53,112 bases of DNA. Source: Actinomycetota bacterium (GTDB lineage Bacteria > Actinomycetota > UBA4738 > HRBIN12). A program made the translations under genes and the position numbers. Numbering within the stretch: position 1 is the stretch's first letter; every line of letters starts with the position of its first letter. The DNA is taken from the NCBI GenBank assembly GCA_046094825.1, contig JBJTIF010000078.1, positions 1-53,112 of the forward strand, read 5' to 3'. The notes under the pieces are model-generated. The model saw only the letters and a program-made list of their open reading frames with translations. It searched no databases and was not told the DNA's origin. Below are positions 1 to 9,044 of this stretch, in pieces.

Positions 1-108
1 GGCACAGTACGGCGAGCATGCACGGGAAGAGGGCCGACCGTGTGCGGATTCCGTGGCGTCGAGCCGTCTTCGAGGAGCAGTGACCCGCGACGATGGTGAG
101 CCCGATCT

Positions 109-130
109 GTGGGCGAGGGGGGAGTTGAAC
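109..130 (-). repeat. attR-like duplicated 3' fragment of tRNA-Leu (22-bp direct repeat of 5010-5031)
   Basis: GTGGGCGAGGGGGGAGTTGAAC occurs identically at 109-130 and 5010-5031; covers T-loop to 3' end of the tRNA. Confidence 0.9.
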
Positions 131-140
131 TTCCGCTCGG

Positions 141-250
141 ACATTCCGGCAGCGTCCGACGACGTCCCGCCGGGTCCGCTACTTCAATCCATGAGCAGGG
201 ATCGGCGCTCCGAGTCCGGTCGGATCCGGTGGAGTCCGGCGGAGTCCGGT
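141..250 (+). repeat. Degenerate 10-bp-period repeats next to att site
   Basis: 211-250: cgagtccggt/cggatccggt/ggagtccggc/ggagtccggt; 141-180: acattccggc/agcgtccgac/gacgtcccgc/cgggtccgct. Confidence 0.7.
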
Positions 251-352
251 GCGGGCGGTTAGCAGGGGCCCCCATCAACCGTCGGGTACCCGATTCCTGA
301 TGGGACCTGGAGAAGCCGGCGGCCCCCCCGATGGACCCCTACGCGACCAAGG

Positions 353-1786
353 TCAGGTCCGGATCGTGATCACCGTCGACCAGGGACCGTAGCCGACCGC
401 GTTCGTGGCGCGCACGCGCACGTAGTACGTCGTGCCGCGCTTCAGGCCCGACAGCGTGATCGAGGTCGCGGGGGACGTCCCCGCCTCGACGAAGGTGACG
501 GATCGGCTGAACGTGGCGACGGTCGAGTACTGCAGGTCGTAGTCGAGGACAGGAGAGCCCCCGTCCGGCGCGGCCAGGAACCCGATGCGGTACGAGGACG
601 AGGTGACCGGCGTCGCGGTGAGCCCCGAAGCGGCGCCCGGCAGGGACGCCGGCATGAGGAACGCGTTCGACGCGCTCGACCAGCTCCCGGGCCCGCTGCG
701 GTTCTCCGCGCGCACCTGGAAGTAGTAGGTCGTGCCTGCCCGCAGCGAGGCCACGTCGATCCATGCGGTCGTCGTCGTTCCCGCCTCGACGAAGGTGACG
801 CCGCTCGCGAATGAGGGGTCGGTCGACCAGCGGGCGTCGTAGTCGTGGATCTTGCTCGTCCCCGAGGGCGGCTGCGAGAACGCGACGCGCGCGGCGCCGG
901 TCGAGGCCGATTGCACGCTGAGGCTGGTCGGGACGCCCGGCACCGTCGTGGAACCGGCCGCGACCTCGTAGGTGGCGTAGACCGTTCCGAAGCCGTCCGG
1001 ATAGAGGCTCGCCTCGCGGTTCCCGAGGACGTCCTGGACGCTGAACCAGATGATGTAGGTGCCCGGGGCCGCGGTGGCGCTGACGGGCAGCGTCACCTGG
1101 TAGCGACCGTCGCGCGCGTCGCCGCTCACGAGCGTGGGCGGGACGTCGTACCCGAGCCAGAACGTCCCGGCGTCGTCGGTAAGACGACCGTTGGGTCCGT
1201 ACGCCCACGCGATGATGCTCGCGACGCCGGTCGCATCCTGCGCACGCCATGTGAGCGTGAGGGAACCGCCCGCGGCCACCGGCGACGGCGCGGCGGTGAC
1301 CTCGCTCACAACCGGGGGCTGTGCGTCCGACGAACCGCCGACGACCGTGAACGTGTCGATGCCGCCGTTCTCGGCGTAGGTGCCGGTGGTGTCCAGCGCC
1401 GTGATCCACACCGAGTACTCGCCGTTCGGCAGACTCGCCGGCAGCGTGCATGAGGTCGCGTACCGCCCGTCGGTCGCGGTCCCCGACGTCCGGCTCGTGA
1501 ACATCGGGAAGGGGCACCACGACACCCATCCCGGGGGGCCACCGATCTTGGCCCACGTGCCAGGCGCGGTTCCGCCGTCGTTCGTCGTGACGGTGTCGAG
1601 ACCGGCGGCCGCCGCGACCCGCCACGAGAGGTTGAGCACCTCCCCCGGCTGGATCGTCGCGGGGACGGAGACCTCGCTGAGAGCGAGCGTCCCGACGCCC
1701 GACGCGACGCCGGCGGAACCGATCAGGAGGGACGCCGCCATGGCGGCGACGAGGACGGCTGCGGTCACCCGCGCGAACCGCTCCAT
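353..1786 (-). CDS. Secreted protein with two Ig-like repeats and two fibronectin type III domains
   Basis: Signal peptide MERFARVTAAVLVAAMAASLL; repeated SGxAxDGRY modules; two FN3 modules (LRAGTTYYFQVRAEN / LKRGTTYYVRVRATN); TATCCT 6 nt upstream of ATG. Confidence 0.85.
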   Translation of the reverse strand: MERFARVTAAVLVAAMAASLLIGSAGVASGVGTLALSEVSVPATIQPGEVLNLSWRVAAAAGLDTVTTNDGGTAPGTWAKIGGPPGWVSWCPFPMFTSRTSGTATDGRYATSCTLPASLPNGEYSVWITALDTTGTYAENGGIDTFTVVGGSSDAQPPVVSEVTAAPSPVAAGGSLTLTWRAQDATGVASIIAWAYGPNGRLTDDAGTFWLGYDVPPTLVSGDARDGRYQVTLPVSATAAPGTYIIWFSVQDVLGNREASLYPDGFGTVYATYEVAAGSTTVPGVPTSLSVQSASTGAARVAFSQPPSGTSKIHDYDARWSTDPSFASGVTFVEAGTTTTAWIDVASLRAGTTYYFQVRAENRSGPGSWSSASNAFLMPASLPGAASGLTATPVTSSSYRIGFLAAPDGGSPVLDYDLQYSTVATFSRSVTFVEAGTSPATSITLSGLKRGTTYYVRVRATNAVGYGPWSTVITIRT

Positions 1787-1913
1787 GGAACGAGGATACC
1801 GGAACTCTGGAGCACCTGTCGGCGGGTCGGACGCACCCCGCGCCGACGTCCCCGCATCCCCGCCGCCGACCTCCGTCCTCGCCACGCGCGCTCGACGGCG
1901 GCGAGCGAGGGGC

Positions 1914-2507
1914 TCACGAGGGTGACCCCGAGGCGAGGACGATCCGTTCGATGCCGGCCATGAAGCCGTCGATGTCGTCCCCCGAGGCGTACCCCTCGAC
2001 GAGCAGGTTGGCGAACCCGTGCGTCGCAGCCCAGACGACCATGTCGAGGCCCTCGCGGATCCCGGGCTTCAGCAGCCCGCGGCGGTCCAGTTCGTCGAGC
2101 GCCGCGGCGAGCTTGCGGCTCGGTCCGGAGTCGTCCGACCCGGCCTGACCCTTCGAACAGAGCGGTCCGAACGTGAGCTGGAAGAGATGCGTCTCCTCGA
2201 CGGCGAAGGTGAGGTACGCGCGGCCGAGCCCGGCGAACCGCGCGACTGCCCCCTCCGCGGAGTCCTCCGTGTGCGCCGCGAGCGCTCGTGCCATCCGCTC
2301 GTCGAGAGCCGTGAGACCGCAGGCGCCGACAGCGCTGAGGAGCGCATCCCGGTCCGCGAAGTGGTTGTACGCCGCGCTCGGGGAGACCTCGAGCGCCTGC
2401 GCGATCGAGCGCAGCGAGACGTGCTCGGCGCCGTGGACGCGCACCGCCGCCAGGGCCTGGTCGACCATCGCCTCGGCGAGGGCTCCGTGGTGGTACCTGC
2501 GGGTCAT
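1914..2507 (-). CDS. TetR/AcrR family regulator (WHG-type C-terminus)
   Basis: YHHG start, HTH SLRSIAQALEVSPSAAYNHF, C-terminal WAATHG. Confidence 0.9.
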   Translation of the reverse strand: MTRRYHHGALAEAMVDQALAAVRVHGAEHVSLRSIAQALEVSPSAAYNHFADRDALLSAVGACGLTALDERMARALAAHTEDSAEGAVARFAGLGRAYLTFAVEETHLFQLTFGPLCSKGQAGSDDSGPSRKLAAALDELDRRGLLKPGIREGLDMVVWAATHGFANLLVEGYASGDDIDGFMAGIERIVLASGSPS

Positions 2508-2518
2508 CGTGCTCCTAT

Positions 2519-2569
2519 GTTGACACTGTTCACTTGCCGTGCGAGGGTCTGGATATGAACACCATTCAT
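2519..2569. promoter_or_regulatory. Putative pair of TetR operators
   Basis: Two related imperfect palindromes, GTTGACACTGTTCAC (2519-2533) and ATGAACACCATTCAT (2555-2569), between/overlapping divergent tetR and SDR starts; AT-rich against the background. Confidence 0.5.
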
Positions 2570-3370
2570 CCTGCCACGTCGACACGTCATCGGGTCGCGC
2601 TCGTGACCGGGGCCTCCTCCGGCATCGGCGAGGCCCTGGCCGCCGCCCTAGCAGCACGCGGCACACACGTCGCGCTCGTGGCGAGGACTCGGGCGCGCCT
2701 CGAGGAGCTCGCCGCCCGCATCGAGGCAGCCGGAGGTCGGGCGACCGTCCTGCCGGCAGACCTCGCCACCCCTGGTGCGGCAGAACGGATCCACGACGAG
2801 GTGCAGCGGCTCGGCCTCGGCGTCGACCTGCTGGTCAACAACGCGGGCTTCGGTCACTACGGAGCCTTCGAGTCCCAGGAGCCGCAGCGCCTCACCGACA
2901 TGCTGCAGGTGAACATCGTGGCGCTGACCGAACTGACGCGGAAGTTCGCGCCTGCGCTCGTCGAACGTCAAGGCACGATCCTCAACCTCGCTTCCACCGC
3001 AGGCATGCAGCCCGCGCCGTACATGTCGGCCTACGGCGCGACCAAGGCCTACATCCTGATGCTCTCCGAGGCGCTTTGGGCCGAGTACCGCGGCAGGGGC
3101 CTCCACGTGGTCGCCGTCTGCCCGGGTCCCGTCGAAACCCCATTCATCGACGCGCAGGGGGCGGAGTCACGCGGCACGCGGGTGTTCCGGAGCATGCTCG
3201 AGGTGGACGACGTGGTGCGTGACTGCCTCGTCGCACTCGACCGGAGGTCCCCCACGCGGATCGTCGGGCTGCGGAACAGGCTCGTGGTCCAGGCGGCGCG
3301 GTTCTCGACCCGGGGCCTGACCGCCCGGATGAGCGCCCGGATGCTCTCCGCACCATCGTCGAAGGGGTAG
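2555..3370 (+). CDS. Short-chain dehydrogenase/reductase (SDR)
   Basis: TGASSGIG, NNAG, YGATK motifs. Confidence 0.92.
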   Translation: MNTIHPATSTRHRVALVTGASSGIGEALAAALAARGTHVALVARTRARLEELAARIEAAGGRATVLPADLATPGAAERIHDEVQRLGLGVDLLVNNAGFGHYGAFESQEPQRLTDMLQVNIVALTELTRKFAPALVERQGTILNLASTAGMQPAPYMSAYGATKAYILMLSEALWAEYRGRGLHVVAVCPGPVETPFIDAQGAESRGTRVFRSMLEVDDVVRDCLVALDRRSPTRIVGLRNRLVVQAARFSTRGLTARMSARMLSAPSSKG

Positions 3371-3378
3371 TCGGTCCC

Positions 3379-4317
3379 ATGGAACACGTGATCGTCGGAT
3401 CCGGGGGCGTGGGCTCCGCGCTGGCGTCGATCCTCGCGCGCGAGGGGCAGTCGGTGACCATCCTCTCGCGTCGCGGGTCCGGTCCGGAGATGGAGGGCGT
3501 CCGTCGCGCCCCCGCGGATGCATCCTCGCTCGCGTCGCTCATGGGCGCAGCACCCAGGGCGGATGTGATCTACAACTGCGCCAACCCCGAGTACACGGAT
3601 TGGGCACGTGACTGGCCTCCGATGTCCGCCGCGCTCCTGCGGTACGCGGAACTGACAGGTGCGGTGCTCGCGACCTGCTCGAACCTCTACGTCTACGGAC
3701 CGGTGGACGCGCCCATGACCGAGGACATGGCGCTGGCCACGACCGGTGCCAAGGGGCGCGTCCGCGCGCAGATGTGGCTCGATGCGAAGGCTGCGCACGA
3801 CGCCGGTCGCATCCGTGCGACGGAGGCGCGGGGGTCGGACTTCATCTCTCCGTCGGATCAGTCCCGTGTCGGGTCCGAGCGCGTCGTGCCGCGGATCCTG
3901 GCGGGCAGGACGGTCGGCCTCATCGATGCCCTCGACCAGCCGCACACCTGGACCTCGCCGTTGGACGTCGCACGTCTGCTCGCCGTCGTCGGACTGGATG
4001 AGCGTGCGTGGGGCCGGGCGTGGCACGTCCCGAGCAACCCGCCTCGCTCGCAGCGGCAGGCGATCGACGACCTCGCGGATGCGGCGGACGTGCCGCGGGT
4101 GAAGGTCTCGCGACTTCCGGATGCGCTGCTCCGGGCGATCGGACTCCTCAACCCATTGTTCCGCGAGTTCCACGAGACGGCGTACCAGTTCAACCGGCCC
4201 TTCATCCTCGACGACTCGGGGGCGCGATCGACCTTCGGCCTGCAGCCGACGCCGTGGCCGGATATCCTGCGCGACGTGATCGCCGCGTACCGCGCTGCGC
4301 CGACGACCCCCCGATGA
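3379..4317 (+). CDS. NAD-dependent epimerase/dehydratase (atypical SDR)
   Basis: GSGGVG Rossmann motif, NLYVYG, KGRVR; operonic with SDR. Confidence 0.85.
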   Translation: MEHVIVGSGGVGSALASILAREGQSVTILSRRGSGPEMEGVRRAPADASSLASLMGAAPRADVIYNCANPEYTDWARDWPPMSAALLRYAELTGAVLATCSNLYVYGPVDAPMTEDMALATTGAKGRVRAQMWLDAKAAHDAGRIRATEARGSDFISPSDQSRVGSERVVPRILAGRTVGLIDALDQPHTWTSPLDVARLLAVVGLDERAWGRAWHVPSNPPRSQRQAIDDLADAADVPRVKVSRLPDALLRAIGLLNPLFREFHETAYQFNRPFILDDSGARSTFGLQPTPWPDILRDVIAAYRAAPTTPR

Positions 4318-5000
4318 CGGGAACCGGGCCGGTGCGGGTCGTCCGCATCAAGCTCCCGGTCTCCAACGCCTACCTCCTCGTCGGCGAACGGGCGGTGCTC
4401 GTCGACGCCGGCGCGCCCGGTCAGGCCGACCGCATCCTCGATGCGGTGCGTCGCGCCGAGGTCGACCCGAACGACATCGCGCTCCTCATCCACACACACG
4501 GCCACATCGACCACGCGGGGTCCACCGCCGAACTCCGGCGCCGGATCGGCATGCCCGTCGCGGTCCATGCGGGCGACGCGCCGCTCCTGCGCTCGGGGTC
4601 GAACGGCACGGTCCGGCCGCGCAACCTGGAGGCCCGCCTCGTCGCCGCGGTGATGGTGCGCCCCTACGAGCCCGTCGAACCGGACATCGTCCTGACGGAG
4701 GAGATCTCGCTCCGCGGGTACGGGGTGGACGGCCGCGTGATGTTCACCCCGGGACACACCCCCGGCTCGCTCTCGATCGCCCTCCCGACCCGTGAGGCGA
4801 TCGTCGGCGACCTCGTGATGGGCGGGGTGTTCGGCGGCGCGTTGTTCCCTCGACGACCGCGACTCCACTACTTCGTCGACGACGAGGCGGCGGTCCGCAC
4901 GAGCGTCGAGCGGGTCCTCACCGACGGGGCCACGACCGTGATGGTGGGCCACGGGGGACCGCTCCGGGCCGGCGATGTTCGGCAGCGTCTCGCTGGCTGA
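4314..5000 (+). CDS. Metallo-beta-lactamase fold hydrolase
   Basis: THGHIDHAG, TPGHTPGS, VGD, GHG; ATGA overlap with upstream stop. Confidence 0.88.
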   Translation: MTGTGPVRVVRIKLPVSNAYLLVGERAVLVDAGAPGQADRILDAVRRAEVDPNDIALLIHTHGHIDHAGSTAELRRRIGMPVAVHAGDAPLLRSGSNGTVRPRNLEARLVAAVMVRPYEPVEPDIVLTEEISLRGYGVDGRVMFTPGHTPGSLSIALPTREAIVGDLVMGGVFGGALFPRRPRLHYFVDDEAAVRTSVERVLTDGATTVMVGHGGPLRAGDVRQRLAG

Positions 5001-5010
5001 ACCGCCGCGG

Positions 5011-5094
5011 TGGGCGAGGGGGGAGTTGAACCCCCACATCCTTTCGGATACAGGAACCTGAATCCTGCGCGTCTGCCAGTTCCGCCACTCGCCC
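5011..5094 (-). tRNA. tRNA-Leu(CAG)
   Basis: GGGCGAGTGGCGGAACTGGCAGACGCGCAGGATT-CAG-GTTCCTG...long variable arm...GGTTCAACTCCCCCCTCGCCCA; TACGAT -10 at 5107-5112. Confidence 0.97.
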
Positions 5095-5156
5095 GTGGGG
5101 GGACGAATCGTAGCAGTGCCCTCCGTGCGATCGAACGAGACCTCGGAGAGCGACCG

Positions 5157-6566
5157 TCAGGACGCCGCGACGACGCGCGAGGTGACCGGACCCGACGGTC
5201 GGTAGGTCGCGCGAGGCTTCGCGCGCGGCAACCGCGCGCGCACCGGGACCGGTCGCACGCTCCGCGCCATCTCGAGGAGCACGATGCGGCCCTCGAGGAG
5301 CGCGAACTGATCGCCGAGGCACTTCCGCGTCCCCGCGCCGAACGGGAAGTACGCGCCTCGCGGCAGCCGGTCCTCGAGACCGTCGAGCCACCGCTCGGGG
5401 ACGAACTCCTCCGGACGGTCGTAGAGCTCGGGACTCCGGTGCGTCGCGAACTGGCTCACGAGCACGTGCGCACCGCGCGGAACGGGGACGCCGCCGATCC
5501 CGACGTCCTCGAGCGCGCGCCGAGGAGCGACCCAGACGGGCGGCGCGAGGCGGAGCGCTTCGGCGAGCACCGCGCCGGCGACCGGGGCGTCGAGGAGGCG
5601 GCGCGTCGAGGGGGGTTCGCCCTCCGGCAGCGCCGTGCGGGCCTCCTCCGCGAGGGCGGACCACAGATCGTCGCGGTCGCGGAGGTACGCGATCGCCCAC
5701 GTGAGGACGTTCGCCGTCGTCTCGTGGCCGCTCAGGATGAGCGTGAGCGTCTCGTCACGGACCTCGTCGTGGGTCATCGGTCGGTCGTCGTCGTCGCGCG
5801 CGGCGAGCAGCAGGCCGAGGAGGTCGTCGCCACGCGCTCCGGAGGCCACCCTCGCCGCGATGATGTCGTCGGCGACGGCGGCGAGGTGGTCGGCCGAGCG
5901 TCGGAAGGCGCGGAAGTACGGGAACGGCAGCGCGTCGAGACGATCGAGCCCCGGGAGCATCGTCCGCTCGATGCGATCGATCGCGACCCCCATGTGCCGA
6001 CGCACGCCATCGGCGTAGCGGTCGATGTCGGTCGAGAACAGCAGCTGCGCGACGATCCGGAATGTGAGGTGCATGAGTTCCTCGTTCGCGGAGACGCGTC
6101 CTCCCACCGGCCAGCGTCCGAGGTGGTCGCGGACGATCGCCTGCATCTCGGCGGCGAACCCGTCCAGCCGCTCGTGGTGGAACGGTGGCTGCATCATCCG
6201 GCGGTGGCGGAGGTGGATCGGTTCCTCGTTCGTGAGGAGACCGGTACCGAGGACCTTCCGCATCCGCTCGAAGCCGACACCCTTGATGAACGCGTGCTGG
6301 TGCCGGACGGTCACGTCGACGACCGCCTCCGGCGCGAAGACGGCGATGAAGAGCTCGCCCATGAGGAAGAAGGAGGCCGCGTCGCCGTGTCGGCGGTGGA
6401 GATCGAGGAGGAACCCCGGCGTGTCGCGGAGGAACCGCGGCAGCAGCGCCCCGGGGAGTCCCCGCGGGCCGGGTGGCAAGGGGAGCCCCGTCGCGGCGCG
6501 CGCGCCGATCGGCGCGGGGATCGGCGCGTAGTCGACGGGTCGCGGGGCGGCGAACGGGCGCACCAT
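5157..6566 (-). CDS. Cytochrome P450
   Basis: SGHETTAN I-helix, EALR, PERW, FGAGTRKCLG heme motif. Confidence 0.95.
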   Translation of the reverse strand: MVRPFAAPRPVDYAPIPAPIGARAATGLPLPPGPRGLPGALLPRFLRDTPGFLLDLHRRHGDAASFFLMGELFIAVFAPEAVVDVTVRHQHAFIKGVGFERMRKVLGTGLLTNEEPIHLRHRRMMQPPFHHERLDGFAAEMQAIVRDHLGRWPVGGRVSANEELMHLTFRIVAQLLFSTDIDRYADGVRRHMGVAIDRIERTMLPGLDRLDALPFPYFRAFRRSADHLAAVADDIIAARVASGARGDDLLGLLLAARDDDDRPMTHDEVRDETLTLILSGHETTANVLTWAIAYLRDRDDLWSALAEEARTALPEGEPPSTRRLLDAPVAGAVLAEALRLAPPVWVAPRRALEDVGIGGVPVPRGAHVLVSQFATHRSPELYDRPEEFVPERWLDGLEDRLPRGAYFPFGAGTRKCLGDQFALLEGRIVLLEMARSVRPVPVRARLPRAKPRATYRPSGPVTSRVVAAS

Positions 6567-6576
6567 GCGGGCGAGC

Positions 6577-7818
6577 CTAGGGGGCGGTCGCGTCCGCGTC
6601 GAGACGCGCCATGTCCCGGACCTCCGGTTCGAAGAGCGGGAGCACCAGCATCACGACCGCGAGCACGGCCGATGCGACGAACAGCGCCGGGAGCCCGAAC
6701 GCCGCGATGATCGGTCCCGACACCGCGAGGCCGACGGGGCCGAGCACCATCGAGCCGAGCGCGTCGAAGGCGGTCGCGCGGGAGAGCCGGTCGCGCGGCA
6801 CGTGCGTCTGCATCACCGTGGGCCAGAGCACGCCCCAGAACTCGATCTGCATCCCGACGACGAAGAACGCGACCGCGAGCACCGCGAAGGGCGCGGGCCC
6901 GGCGAGCGCGAGCATCGACAGCGGGAGCCCGAACGACGCGAGCATGAGGAAGCGCAACGGGCGTTCGGGTCGCAGGCGCGCCGCGACCGCGGCGCCGACG
7001 AGGAAGCCGACCGCCATCGCGGTCTGGAGGATCGCCCAGGTCCTCGGGCCGTCGAAGGACCGTTCCATGAGGACCGGTCCCCCGACCTCGAACACGCCGC
7101 GGAACACCGCGTTGATGACCGACCACACGGCGACCGACACCCAGAGCCAGCGGAGCGAGATGAACGTCCCCCAGCCCTCGCGGAGGTCGCGCGCGACGCT
7201 CTCGCCGGAGGGCTCGGCGGTCGTCACGGACCGGAGACGGAGCACGAGGAGCCCCGCGACGAGGAAGGACGCCCCGTCGACCGCGAGCGCCGGCCCCGCG
7301 CCGAACGTCGCGACGAGGACGCCCGCGACCGCCGACCCGGCGATGAACGAGAGGTTCGAGGCGACGGCGACGAGCGAGTTGCCGGACTGCAGGTCCCGGT
7401 CGCCGAGGATCGCGGGCACGAGCCCGGGGAACGCCGGCCACCAGAGCGCGTTCAGCGCGCCCGCGACGACGTTGATCGCCGCGACGACCGGCACCGTCGC
7501 CGCGCCGGTCGCGAAGAGGACACCCTCGGCGATGACGAGCGCACCGAGCACGATGTCGCTCACGGCGATGACGGCGGCGCGCGAGCGACGGTCGGCGAGG
7601 ACACCGCCGAGCGGCATGAGGAGCACCATCGGGATCGCCTGCGCCGCGAGGACGAAGCCGAGGTCCTTGCCGTCCGCACCCGGGAGCGCGAGGACACCGA
7701 ACGCGAGCGCGGTCGGTCCCATGCCGTTGCCGAGGTTGGACACGAAGCGCGCGACGAGGAGGCGACGGAACAACGGCCGCGACATCGGACCGCGGGGCGT
7801 CGGCGCGGGGTCGGACAC
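6577..7818 (-). CDS. MFS transporter (DHA3/macrolide-efflux-like)
   Basis: ~12 hydrophobic segments, GGVLADRRSR motif A; GTG start with GGAGGAG SD (alternative ATG at 7785). Confidence 0.88.
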   Translation of the reverse strand: MSDPAPTPRGPMSRPLFRRLLVARFVSNLGNGMGPTALAFGVLALPGADGKDLGFVLAAQAIPMVLLMPLGGVLADRRSRAAVIAVSDIVLGALVIAEGVLFATGAATVPVVAAINVVAGALNALWWPAFPGLVPAILGDRDLQSGNSLVAVASNLSFIAGSAVAGVLVATFGAGPALAVDGASFLVAGLLVLRLRSVTTAEPSGESVARDLREGWGTFISLRWLWVSVAVWSVINAVFRGVFEVGGPVLMERSFDGPRTWAILQTAMAVGFLVGAAVAARLRPERPLRFLMLASFGLPLSMLALAGPAPFAVLAVAFFVVGMQIEFWGVLWPTVMQTHVPRDRLSRATAFDALGSMVLGPVGLAVSGPIIAAFGLPALFVASAVLAVVMLVLPLFEPEVRDMARLDADATAP

Positions 7819-7903
7819 GGGCTCCTCCGGGATCGCGTGGGCGTCGGGACGCAGGCACCGTAGCGCACCCCCGGGGGTACGATGCCGCGGAGGGAGGTGC
7901 TGC

Positions 7904-8590
7904 GTGTCCATCCTGCGCACCGTCGAACGCCGACTCGAGGGCATCGTCGAGGGCTTCTTCGCGAGCACGTTCCGCAGCGGCGTCCACCCGATCGAGATCG
8001 CGAACCGCATCGCGCGCGAGATGGAGGCCGGCAAGGCGGTCGGCCTCGGCGAGGTCCTCGCGCCGAACCGTTTCGTCGTGGCGCTCGCCGAGGCCGACCG
8101 CGCGCGCTTCGCGCAGGCCGAGGGTGCGCTCGCCGCGGAGCTCCGGACGCTCGTCCTCGGGACCGCGGCCGAACGCGGCTTCACCCTCGTCGGCGAGCCC
8201 GAGGTCGTCTTCGACGCCGCGCCGCACCTCGCGACCGGACGCTTCGCCGTCACCGCGACGTTCGAGGAGGGGGTGCGCGTGCCGCCGCCCGCACCGCCCG
8301 CGTCGGCGACGCTCGAGGTCGTCGAGGGCGGCGGCACGCGCACCGTCGCGCTCGGAGTCGCGACGGCGACGATCGGTCGGACGCAGGACTGCGAGGTCGT
8401 CCTCCGCGACCCCGCGACGTCGCGGCACCACGCGCGCATCGTCCCCGTCGAGGACGGGTTCGTCCTCGAGGACCTCGGGTCGACGAACGGGACGCTCCTG
8501 AACGACGAGGCGATCGAGCGCGCGCTCCTCGAGGACGGCGACGTCGTCACGATCGGCACGACGCGGATCCGCTTCCGCCGCACCGGATGA
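7904..8590 (+). CDS. fhaA: DUF3662 + FHA domain protein FhaA
   Basis: ERRLEGIVEG..F..F...VHPIEIA and LAPN N-terminus; FHA GR...SRHHA...DLGSTNGT; first gene of pknB operon; GGAGGTG SD. Confidence 0.9.
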   Translation: MSILRTVERRLEGIVEGFFASTFRSGVHPIEIANRIAREMEAGKAVGLGEVLAPNRFVVALAEADRARFAQAEGALAAELRTLVLGTAAERGFTLVGEPEVVFDAAPHLATGRFAVTATFEEGVRVPPPAPPASATLEVVEGGGTRTVALGVATATIGRTQDCEVVLRDPATSRHHARIVPVEDGFVLEDLGSTNGTLLNDEAIERALLEDGDVVTIGTTRIRFRRTG

Positions 8591-8606
8591 CCGTGCGGAG
8601 GAGCTG

Positions 8607-9044
8607 ATGGACCCGCTCTGGTACACGATCCTGCGGTTCGCGTTCCTCGGTCTCCTCTACCTCTTCGTGTGGATCGCGGTGCGCCAGGTCGTCGTCGGCG
8701 TCGCCGGACGCGGCGGGCCGCGGCGGATCGAGCCCGCGCGCGCGCCGGCACCCGCCTCCGGGGCGTTCCTCGTGATCCGCGAGCCCGACCGCCCGGAGCG
8801 CACGGTGCCGATCGTCGCCGCGGTGCTCGTCGGTCGGGCCGAGGACGCGGACATCACCCTCGACGACGGGTTCGCGTCGCAGCGTCACGCGCGCATCGCG
8901 CCGTCCGACGGCGGGTGGAACGTCGAAGACCTCGGGTCGCGCAACGGCACCGCCGTGAACGGTCGGACGATCGCGTCCCCGACGACGCTCCGGCCGGGCG
9001 ATACGGTGCGGGTCGGCGAGACGACCCTGGAGGTTCGCGCGTGA
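8607..9044 (+). CDS. fhaB: Membrane-anchored FHA protein FhaB/FipA
   Basis: N-terminal TM (LRFAFLGLLYLFVW), FHA DDGFASQRHA...DLGSRNGT; synteny. Confidence 0.88.
   Translation: MDPLWYTILRFAFLGLLYLFVWIAVRQVVVGVAGRGGPRRIEPARAPAPASGAFLVIREPDRPERTVPIVAAVLVGRAEDADITLDDGFASQRHARIAPSDGGWNVEDLGSRNGTAVNGRTIASPTTLRPGDTVRVGETTLEVRA

Larger units (their letters stand above)
109..5031. mobile_element. Putative tRNA-Leu-anchored genomic islet (~4.9 kb), no integrase inside
   Basis: Flanked by 22-bp direct repeats of the tRNA 3' end; accessory cargo; periodic repeats beside the distal att; no recombinase ORF seen. Confidence 0.7.

Noticed and set aside
141-250. Possible CRISPR array
   Set aside because: Units are 10 bp with no unique spacers, and no cas genes are present
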